A DNA stretch of 32,000 bases from Promethearchaeum syntrophicum. Lineage in GTDB: Archaea; Asgardarchaeota; Lokiarchaeia; Sigyniarchaeales; Promethearchaeaceae. The stretch lies in assembly GCF_008000775.2 (NCBI RefSeq), contig NZ_CP042905.2:4110001-4142000 (forward strand), given 5' to 3'. This document shows, one piece after another, positions 24,620 through 31,789 of this stretch (positions are counted from its first letter, which is position 1; each line of letters starts with the position of its first letter). The position numbers and the translations under genes were made by a program. The notes under the pieces are model-generated. The model was given only the letters and a program-made list of their open reading frames with translations, was not told the DNA's origin and made no database searches.

Positions 24620-26560
24620 TTGAAAACAGATTTTAATTATGAATCACTTGGGCTAAAAATTGGATTGGAAATTCATCAACAACTCGATTCAAAAAAGAAA
24701 CTCTTTTGTAATTGCCCAAATGAATTACAGGGAACTCGGGCACCTGATTTTACTATTTTAAGAAAACAGAGACCAGTTTTGGGGGAAGAAGGAAAATTCG
24801 ATAAGGGAATGCTGGTAGAATTTTTAAAAAAAGGATCAATAGTCTACGAGGGATATTATGATTGTACGTGCACATATGAGTTGGATGAGACCCCACCGTT
24901 CCATTATGATGAAGAATGCTTAGATATTACTTTGGAAATCTGTGCACTCTTCAAAATGGAGATAATTCGGGAAGCGCATGTATGCCGAAAAAACTATGTA
25001 GATGGTAGTGTTCCCGCGGGATTTCAAAGAACTATGGAAATTGGACAAAATGGAAAGCTTCTCTTAAAAACTGGAAAAGAAATTGGAATTGAAAACATTT
25101 TTCTTGAAGAAGATGCAGCGCGAAGGATTAAAACTGAGGGAAAAACATCATACTTTCGAGTTGATCGTCTTGGGGTTCCGTTAAATGAAATCACCACAGC
25201 ACCAGAAATTCATACCCCAGAAGAGGCAAAAGATGCTGCCTATCGTATAGGATTATTATTGCGGTCTGCAAATAAAGTTAAACGTGTGATTGGTTCTACT
25301 CGTCAGGATATTAATATTTCAATAAAAGGAGGAGAAAGGATAGAGATAAAAGGTGTTCAAAAATTGGATTGGATACCCTTATTAGTAAATTTTGAATGTC
25401 AACGTCAGTTATCCTTAATTGAAATTAAGAAAAATCTTAAAAAAAAGAATTTAAAATCGAGTGTTATTAAAAAAGAGACAAAAGATTTATCGAAATTTTT
25501 CAAAAATACTCCATGTAGGTTTGTTAAGAAAGGAATAAAAAATGGGCAGAAACTAATAGCGATGAAAATACCTGGATTTAAGGGAATATATGGAAAAGAA
25601 TTAAATCCAAAAAGGCGATTTGGTACGGAAGTGGCAGAAAAAATAAAAATTCTTACAGGATTACAAGGTTTGATTCATTCTGATGAAGATTTACAAGGGA
25701 AATATAAATTTACTGAAAAAGAAATTAAGAAAATTAAAGCAGAATTGAAAATTGAAGAAAATGATCTTTTTATTTTACTATTAGCAAAAGGAAGACCACT
25801 AGATGATGCATTAGATATTATTATCGAGAGAACTAAACAAGCATTCAACGGAGTTCCGGAAGAAACTCGACGAGCGCAAGATGATGGTACTCATATATTT
25901 TTAAGGGAGCTTGGTGGTGGAAAACGGTTATATCCTGATACAGACACTCAGTCATTTATAATATCTGAAGAGAGAATTCAAAAAATAAACCAATCTATTG
26001 GTGCTTATCCATGGGATATTATTGATGAATATTCGAAAAAATATAAATTATCAGGGGAACTCTTTGAAAATCTAATAATGACGGGAAAGCTACAATTATT
26101 TGATAAATTAATAAAAATTTTACCTGATAATCCTACTTTAGTCATTAGAACAATTACAGATATGCTCAAAGTCCTACACCGAGAAAATAGAAATATAAAA
26201 CAATTAACAGAAAAACATTTTTCAACCCTTCTTAAAGGACTTAAAAAGGGAGTAATTGCCAAAGAAGCTCTCGAATCAATTTTACGAATTTGGATAGATT
26301 TTCCCGAATTAACGCTAGAAAAGGCTAAGAAAAAAGCGGGAATCACAAGTTTTGATCTTAAAAATCTGGATGAAATTATTCAAGATATTATTGATAAAAA
26401 TATTGATTTAATAAAAACACGCGGAAAGGGTGCAACAGGACCATTAATGGGAGATGTAATGAAAAAAATAGGGCGAGGGGTTGTAGATGGTAAAATTTTA
26501 TCCTCTAAACTACAAGAATTAATGATTCCTTATCTTACTAATAAAAAAGGAGGCAAATAG
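24620..26560 (+). CDS. gatE: Glu-tRNA(Gln) amidotransferase subunit E, copy 2
   Basis: Motifs LGLKIGLEIHQQL..KLFCNC, GFQRTMEIG, LEEDAARRIK, RQDINISI, IEIKGVQ, GVPEETRR, RLYPDTDTQ. No in-frame ATG lies upstream of the conserved core, so the start must be TTG at 24620 (AGGT 8 nt upstream; N-terminal length matches copy 1) or TTG at 24599 as in the ORF track. Confidence 0.9.
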   Translation: MKTDFNYESLGLKIGLEIHQQLDSKKKLFCNCPNELQGTRAPDFTILRKQRPVLGEEGKFDKGMLVEFLKKGSIVYEGYYDCTCTYELDETPPFHYDEECLDITLEICALFKMEIIREAHVCRKNYVDGSVPAGFQRTMEIGQNGKLLLKTGKEIGIENIFLEEDAARRIKTEGKTSYFRVDRLGVPLNEITTAPEIHTPEEAKDAAYRIGLLLRSANKVKRVIGSTRQDINISIKGGERIEIKGVQKLDWIPLLVNFECQRQLSLIEIKKNLKKKNLKSSVIKKETKDLSKFFKNTPCRFVKKGIKNGQKLIAMKIPGFKGIYGKELNPKRRFGTEVAEKIKILTGLQGLIHSDEDLQGKYKFTEKEIKKIKAELKIEENDLFILLLAKGRPLDDALDIIIERTKQAFNGVPEETRRAQDDGTHIFLRELGGGKRLYPDTDTQSFIISEERIQKINQSIGAYPWDIIDEYSKKYKLSGELFENLIMTGKLQLFDKLIKILPDNPTLVIRTITDMLKVLHRENRNIKQLTEKHFSTLLKGLKKGVIAKEALESILRIWIDFPELTLEKAKKKAGITSFDLKNLDEIIQDIIDKNIDLIKTRGKGATGPLMGDVMKKIGRGVVDGKILSSKLQELMIPYLTNKKGGK

Positions 26561-26562
26561 AT

Positions 26563-27954
26563 ATGAGTAATTCAACAAAAAATGAGTTTGAAGGATATAA
26601 ACCGCAATCTATTAAAATTTTGAAGAAATTTGGCGCAAAAACTTGGAGTAAAATTCGAATAAAAACGAAATCAAATACAATTCCATCAGAAGGAATTATT
26701 TTACCACGAAATCAGTTTGCTCCAGATGGATTCGTGGAAATTAAACTTAAAAACGGCTATAACATCGGAATCCCTTTGGATTCGACTACAGAAATTGAAG
26801 TATTAAGTCAAGAGCCTAAAATGGAAGTTAAATTTGATCCTACCAAAATATCCAAAAATAAGAAATTACCCAATATTGCATTATTAGGAACTGGAGGAAC
26901 AATTTCTTCAAGATTAGATTATGTAACTGGGGCTGTTATTCCAGCGTTTGAACCATCTGAACTATATACAGCTGTTCCAGAATTAGCAAATGTTTGTAAT
27001 CTTGAAACCGATGTTGTGTTTAAAATTTTCTCTGAAAATATGAAACCGAAATATTGGTTGAAATTAGCAAAAAATATTGCTAAAAAAGTTAATGCGGGTG
27101 TCGATGGTATAATGATTGCACATGGAACAGATACACTTGCTTATTCATCTGCAGCACTATCATTTCTATTAAGCGATTTAAAAGTTCCAGTAGTTCTTGT
27201 TGGTTCCCAGAGGTCAAGTGACCGACCATCTTCGGATGCAGCGATGAATTTATTAAATGCAGCTACAGTAGCCGGAAACGCGGATTTAGCGGAAGTTGTA
27301 GTTAGCATGTTAGGATCATCGGCTCATGATTATGGATTAATTCATCGTGGAACTCGCGTTCGAAAAATGCATTCCTCGACCAGGCATGCTTTTCGTTCAA
27401 TTGATTCTTCACCATTGGGTATGGTTCGTGATGGAGAGATTAAATTCTTTACAGAAGATATAAAAAGAAGACCTAATAACGATATTGAAACAACTGCTGC
27501 AAAAAATATTGAAGAGAAGATTGGATTAATTTATGGATACCCTGGAATATCTTGTGAATTAATTGATTTTTATGTAGATAAAGGATATAAGGGTCTTGTT
27601 TTAGCAGGTACTGGATTGGGTCATTTTCCAAATGATACTTTCAACTCTCTTAAACGCGCAGTGGATGAAGAAATTCCTGTAGTGATGACCGTTCAAACAA
27701 TCTGGGGTTATACTGGAATGGATGTTTACGAACCTGGAAGGAAAATGCAAGCTATTGGTGTGATACCAGGACAGAATATGATTCCAGAAGTCGCTTTTGC
27801 AAAATTATCGTGGATATTGGGGAATTATGATAACCCAGTAGAGATTAAAAAATTAATTACAACTGATATTGCCGGTGAAATTACAGCAAGAGAACCTATG
27901 AATGGATATCAGATCCTTCAAGGAGTGGAAGATCAGATAAACTTTTTAAAATAG
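26563..27954 (+). CDS. gatD: Glu-tRNA(Gln) amidotransferase subunit D, copy 2
   Basis: Motifs LLGTGGTISSRLDY, AHGTDTL, VGSQRSSDRPSSDA, HRGTRVRKMHSS. The ATG lies 2 nt after the gatE-2 stop, with GGAGG embedded in the gatE-2 3' end. Confidence 0.9.
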   Translation: MSNSTKNEFEGYKPQSIKILKKFGAKTWSKIRIKTKSNTIPSEGIILPRNQFAPDGFVEIKLKNGYNIGIPLDSTTEIEVLSQEPKMEVKFDPTKISKNKKLPNIALLGTGGTISSRLDYVTGAVIPAFEPSELYTAVPELANVCNLETDVVFKIFSENMKPKYWLKLAKNIAKKVNAGVDGIMIAHGTDTLAYSSAALSFLLSDLKVPVVLVGSQRSSDRPSSDAAMNLLNAATVAGNADLAEVVVSMLGSSAHDYGLIHRGTRVRKMHSSTRHAFRSIDSSPLGMVRDGEIKFFTEDIKRRPNNDIETTAAKNIEEKIGLIYGYPGISCELIDFYVDKGYKGLVLAGTGLGHFPNDTFNSLKRAVDEEIPVVMTVQTIWGYTGMDVYEPGRKMQAIGVIPGQNMIPEVAFAKLSWILGNYDNPVEIKKLITTDIAGEITAREPMNGYQILQGVEDQINFLK

Positions 27955-27956
27955 GT

Positions 27957-28229
27957 TTAGGATTTAACAATTTTCATTTTTTTCCCGCATTTTCTACAAA
28001 TAAAATCTTCATCAGTTAATACTCTTTTTTTTAATGTGCGTTTATACCCACATCTTGCAGTACAAGATAAATGGAATTTTTTTCTCTCTAATTCAAGTTT
28101 TGAAGTTTGTATATCTGATTTTTTTTTTTTACTTGTTGATTTTTTAGCTTTAGCTTTCTCAGTTGCTTTACTTTTAGTTGTTTTCTTTGATACCTTTTTT
28201 TTTGGTTTCGTAAATCGATCTAATGACAT
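27957..28229 (-). CDS. Lys-rich small protein with C-terminal Zn-ribbon
   Basis: About 90 aa. It has a highly basic tail (KPKKKVSKKTTKSKATEKAKAKKSTSKKKK) and then CTARCG...CRKCG (CxxxC...CxxC). ATG 28229 is preceded by AGGTGA; the ORF track starts at GTG 28238. Confidence 0.55.
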   Translation of the reverse strand: MSLDRFTKPKKKVSKKTTKSKATEKAKAKKSTSKKKKSDIQTSKLELERKKFHLSCTARCGYKRTLKKRVLTDEDFICRKCGKKMKIVKS

Positions 28230-28245
28230 TATTTTCACCTATTTA

Positions 28246-29511
28246 TTAAGATTCAACCTCATTATTTTGATCTTCTATTTCGTTCTGATCTTGCTCTTCT
28301 CTCTGTTCTTTCTCTTCTAACTCATCGGTTTTTTCTTTCTTTCCTTTCAGTTTCCCAACTTTACTATGAATTTTTTTAACGATTTTTAGATCTTGAATAT
28401 GAAAGGATGGTTCCTGAGTTTTTTGTGCCTTTATTTCTTTTTTTTCTATTTTGTTTTTTTCTTTCTCATCTTGTTTAATTAGAAGTTTTTTAGCTTTTTC
28501 TTTTGCAAGCTCGGATTGAAATTGTTTTTTATCTGCTTTCAATTCATGTCGCTCAGCGCGTAGCTCAGATTTTCTTTGGTATTTATCCCCTTTAATACGC
28601 CTAATCTCAGCTTTTTCAAGAGATTTTAATGCACCCAAATCTTTTTTAGCACTTTTATGAATTAAATGAACAACTCTTCGACCTTTTAGTTCAATATCAT
28701 CAGGAAATGCCTCAACAATTTCTTTATACCCCTTAACTTTGGCTCTTTCTTCTGAGGTTAGCTCGTCTTTCTCACGGAATTTATTTTCTCGATATTTTTG
28801 GGCAGGACTGCCCATATACACCCATCCACTTTCAAGTTCTTGGGATATTTGGGTCGTTGAAAGAGCCCCTAAGATAACATTATCTTGCACGATAGTTCCT
28901 GGTGCGATTACGCAATGCCCCCCAATTAAACTATTTTTACCAATTTTTACTTTCTTTATTATTAGAAATTCAGTTGTAATCATCGATGTCATGATCACCG
29001 CCCCTTGCCCTACAACAGTCCCCCTCCCTATTTCTAAGAATTCAGCATCTACCCATGCATCATAAATAGGAGTCGAAAATTTTACTTGGTTTCCGAACAC
29101 TTTAAAAGCCAATACATCGGCCCATGGAACGGGAAAATTATGACAAATCCATATTGGGTATTTTTTAATAACAGATCTTTTAATCCAAGCCCTATAATCC
29201 TTATTTTTCATTGTTTTCGGAAAAACTCCTTCTTTGGGAAAATGAAAAAAATTGACAATTCTTAGAGCTACCCACGAAAAAAACAAGGCAGACAACATGT
29301 ACAGCAAATAAACGACTAGAATTATTATAGGAAAAGTTATGAACAAAATCCAATTGAAATCCATGATAGAAATTAAGAATAATATTAAGAAGAAATCGGG
29401 AATAATTGAAAGCCAGATTAATAAGATATAAATAAATAAATACCTCGTTGCGGGAAGTGAATTAGTTGTAGTAGGCCCAACTTTTAAACTTGCGGGAATT
29501 ATGCTTGACAT
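28246..29511 (-). CDS. Membrane-anchored left-handed beta-helix (hexapeptide-repeat) protein with long Lys/Glu-rich C-terminal tail
   Basis: 421 aa with about 3 N-terminal TM helices. Hexapeptide region IGRGTVVGQGAVIM...VKIGKNSLIGGHCVIAPGTIVQDNVILGALS...WVYMGSPAQ, followed by about 170 aa of charged, coiled-coil-like sequence. Confidence 0.7.
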   Translation of the reverse strand: MSSIIPASLKVGPTTTNSLPATRYLFIYILLIWLSIIPDFFLILFLISIMDFNWILFITFPIIILVVYLLYMLSALFFSWVALRIVNFFHFPKEGVFPKTMKNKDYRAWIKRSVIKKYPIWICHNFPVPWADVLAFKVFGNQVKFSTPIYDAWVDAEFLEIGRGTVVGQGAVIMTSMITTEFLIIKKVKIGKNSLIGGHCVIAPGTIVQDNVILGALSTTQISQELESGWVYMGSPAQKYRENKFREKDELTSEERAKVKGYKEIVEAFPDDIELKGRRVVHLIHKSAKKDLGALKSLEKAEIRRIKGDKYQRKSELRAERHELKADKKQFQSELAKEKAKKLLIKQDEKEKNKIEKKEIKAQKTQEPSFHIQDLKIVKKIHSKVGKLKGKKEKTDELEEKEQREEQDQNEIEDQNNEVES

Positions 29512-29540
29512 TATATTGTACCTTGTATTTTTTTCTTCTA

Positions 29541-30419
29541 TTAATTATCTTGAGTTATCCTATAGGCTTTTTTCTTGTTTTTAGTTTCATAAACCAGATC
29601 TTTCTTATCATCTGGAATTTGTATCATTTTCAAATAACGTTTTGTAGATAACCTACTGATAGGTAATCCAAAATATTTCGCAAATCCCTTAATTTTAGAA
29701 AATTTGATCACACCACTCATCGGGAGAAATTCTGTGTATGGTTCCATATAAGTCCCAGGGGCAATAGCATTATGGGCACCAACAACCGAGTTATCCCCAA
29801 GATACACCTTTTTCAGTGTGATTGCCCCATATTTACCCTCTACAGTATGACTAGTAACACCAGAGGCTTGCCCGATATACACATTTTTCCCTGTTTCTAT
29901 ATATTCTTTACAAAAAACATGATCCTCCATTGTTGTTCCTTTTCCAATTTTACAATCTCCTACGAAATTTAATGCCCAATTCATTAACCAAGGAAAAGCA
30001 CTCTTTACAATTGACCAAACTACAATTCTAAGAATAACTCCTCGTAGATGATATGCGTTAACTACACGAGCTTCTTCCTTTCCAATTCCTTTTGCAGACA
30101 CTAATTCTTTCTTGGGAGAAATTAAATTGATTAATGAGATTGAAATTTTACCTAGGATTGCTAAAGAGAATATACGAAAAACATATAAAAATATGGCAAA
30201 TAATGGTGTTAAAACTGAAATTAGAACATATTTCCAACTCGTGAATATTAAAAAGAAATCAAGAAATATGTGTTGTAAAGGAAAAATGCAGATCTTGTAA
30301 TAATAATAACCCATAATTATCGAAGGAACCCAAGAATACCCCCACACAAATAAAATAACAAAAATATACTTCTCCATTTCAATTTTTGCACTTGGAGGAA
30401 TACGTGGATCTCTCTTCAT
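29541..30419 (-). CDS. Membrane-anchored left-handed beta-helix (hexapeptide-repeat) protein, paralogue-like neighbour
   Basis: 292 aa with about 4 N-terminal TM helices. Hexapeptide region VGDCKIGKGTTMEDHVF...VYIGQASGVTSHTV...VYLGDNSVVGAHNAIAPGTYM. Same architecture as 28246..29511, and only a 29-nt gap. Confidence 0.7.
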   Translation of the reverse strand: MKRDPRIPPSAKIEMEKYIFVILFVWGYSWVPSIIMGYYYYKICIFPLQHIFLDFFLIFTSWKYVLISVLTPLFAIFLYVFRIFSLAILGKISISLINLISPKKELVSAKGIGKEEARVVNAYHLRGVILRIVVWSIVKSAFPWLMNWALNFVGDCKIGKGTTMEDHVFCKEYIETGKNVYIGQASGVTSHTVEGKYGAITLKKVYLGDNSVVGAHNAIAPGTYMEPYTEFLPMSGVIKFSKIKGFAKYFGLPISRLSTKRYLKMIQIPDDKKDLVYETKNKKKAYRITQDN

Positions 30420-30479
30420 TATGCACTTAAAATAAACTAAAAATAAAAATCATTGTTAATGATTTTTTTTAATGATTTT

Positions 30480-30923
30480 TTAATCTGAAACCGCTTTTCG
30501 TTTTGAAAAGAGGGTCTTCAACTCATCCATTATTGATCCACGTAGGGATACAGGCCCTGCTGGAGCCCCCCCTTTTGGAGGAGGTGCTCTTCCAGGAGGT
30601 GGTGGTGGTGCTCCAGGAGGTGGTGACCCAGGTGGCGGTGGTGGTGCTCCGGGACCAGATGCTACTGCTGGAACAGCTAAATTTGCTCCTGCTGCAGCGG
30701 CAACTCTAGATTCTACTTGCACTATTCGACCCTCCATTGCTTTTAATCGACCATCGAGACCATTAATTTGATTTGATAGTACTTGGATACTTTGATCTAC
30801 CATCTCCGGAATCCTTAACGTGATTGTCATAATCTTCTCGATTACATCGCCCAATCCTTCGACTCGCTCTTTCAATGGTGCTTCACTGTAGCTATTCATT
30901 ACGGAAAAGAATTCTTCAGCCAT
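30480..30923 (-). CDS. Coiled-coil / polyproline / WH2-like C-terminal motif protein
   Basis: 147 aa from ATG 30923 (the ORF track uses TTG 30968). No TM or signal peptide. Coiled-coil-like QSIQVLSNQINGLDGRLKAMEGRIVQVESRV, then GPGAPPPPPGSPPPGAPPPPPGRAPPPKGGAPAGP, then SLRGSIMDELKTLFSKRKAV. Confidence 0.65.
   Translation of the reverse strand: MAEEFFSVMNSYSEAPLKERVEGLGDVIEKIMTITLRIPEMVDQSIQVLSNQINGLDGRLKAMEGRIVQVESRVAAAAGANLAVPAVASGPGAPPPPPGSPPPGAPPPPPGRAPPPKGGAPAGPVSLRGSIMDELKTLFSKRKAVSD
30555..30656 (-). repeat. Low-complexity GC-rich Pro/Gly codon tract
   Basis: The + strand shows reiterated ggtggtggtgctccRgga units. This is a local GC spike caused by CCN/GGN codons. Confidence 0.8.
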
Positions 30924-31017
30924 TTTAATTCGACCTAAAAATATTAAATTCAATTTACTGGTAAGCAAATTGATTATTATGTAGTACTATTGGTAAAACG
31001 ATCTTAAATAATTTTAT

Positions 31018-31635
31018 TTAAAACTCCAGAAATCCAGTGTCACCCAAAATTTCCTCAATTTTTGCCCGTCTTTTGGGTTTTTCACTAACCTTACTTTCCC
31101 CTTCATCGTATGGATTATCTTCGTTTTCTTCATATATGTTTTCGAGAGTGGCATCTTCAATAAGACCAGAATCTAGTTGTTCTTGGAGTCTTTTTCCATT
31201 TTCAACGTATTTGGCTGCAGTCGCTTTCCACATCTCTGCTTGTTCCAAATCTTTTGGGTCTTTATTTTTTTGATATTCTTCAAGAGCTTTTGTGGAATTA
31301 ACATTTGCATTATCAGCTAAAAATGAATAGACTAAGGTTAATTCAGTAAATTGTTTCTTTTCCCAAAGTTTTTCTTCACGAGATGTGAGTCTAGCATATT
31401 CTTGGTCTTTATAATATATATCAATGAAATCTCCAAATGCATCAACGGGTTCTGTGAGGTCATTCTTGGAAACTTTCTGAGATACACCACAATGTCCGCA
31501 AATTACTTCGACATCTTCTTCTTTTGAAGTTACTTTCGCTTTGACTGTCTTGTGTCCGCATTTTGGGCAGGTAAAGATCTTGGGAAGTGATCTTACTCTT
31601 CTATAAACAATTTTTTTTCTTTTGCGTCGACCCAC
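31018..31635 (-). CDS. elf1: Elf1-type transcription elongation factor zinc-ribbon protein with long C-terminal extension
   Basis: GTG start. MGRRKRKK basic N-terminus, then FTCPKCGH...VICGHCG...LTEPVDAFGDFIDIYY, matching the Elf1 pattern (basic tail, C4 ribbon, L-x-E/x-P-I/V-D). About 130 extra C-terminal residues are acidic and helical. Confidence 0.75.
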   Translation of the reverse strand: MGRRKRKKIVYRRVRSLPKIFTCPKCGHKTVKAKVTSKEEDVEVICGHCGVSQKVSKNDLTEPVDAFGDFIDIYYKDQEYARLTSREEKLWEKKQFTELTLVYSFLADNANVNSTKALEEYQKNKDPKDLEQAEMWKATAAKYVENGKRLQEQLDSGLIEDATLENIYEENEDNPYDEGESKVSEKPKRRAKIEEILGDTGFLEF

Positions 31636-31789
31636 GTTAACTCGTATAAAATAAAGAAACCTAATGCAATAAATTTTATGGTCTTATTTTAGAAAGATTT
31701 TTTGGTCATGCTACATTGAATAAATTAAGTTTTTGCAATACATTTTTCGCAAATGAGTGATATTTCGCCATGAATAATAGGAGATCAAT

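Noticed and set aside
30540-30700. Local GC spike, considered as foreign DNA or a horizontally acquired fragment
   Set aside because: It is fully explained by Pro (CCN), Gly (GGN) and Ala (GCN) codons of an in-frame low-complexity tract. The flanking parts of the same ORF have normal AT-rich composition.
7836-30968. Longest-ORF N-terminal extensions starting at TTG/GTG: 7836, 11017, 15746, 17760, 24344, 28238, 30968
   Set aside because: Downstream ATGs have GGAGG/GGTGA sites, remove overlaps with upstream genes, or match the N-terminal length of homologues. The extensions add non-conserved residues.
19241-31273. Other antisense track ORFs: 19241..19465, 20102..20299, 20873..21076, 21156..21341, 21548..21760, 23779..24045, 26005..26346, 28036..28320, 28739..29065, 29772..29972, 30112..30300, 30503..30709, 31037..31273
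   Set aside because: Each is embedded in an opposite-strand gene that has clear family motifs. 30503..30709 is just the complement of the Pro/Gly tract, giving V/L/Q-rich nonsense.
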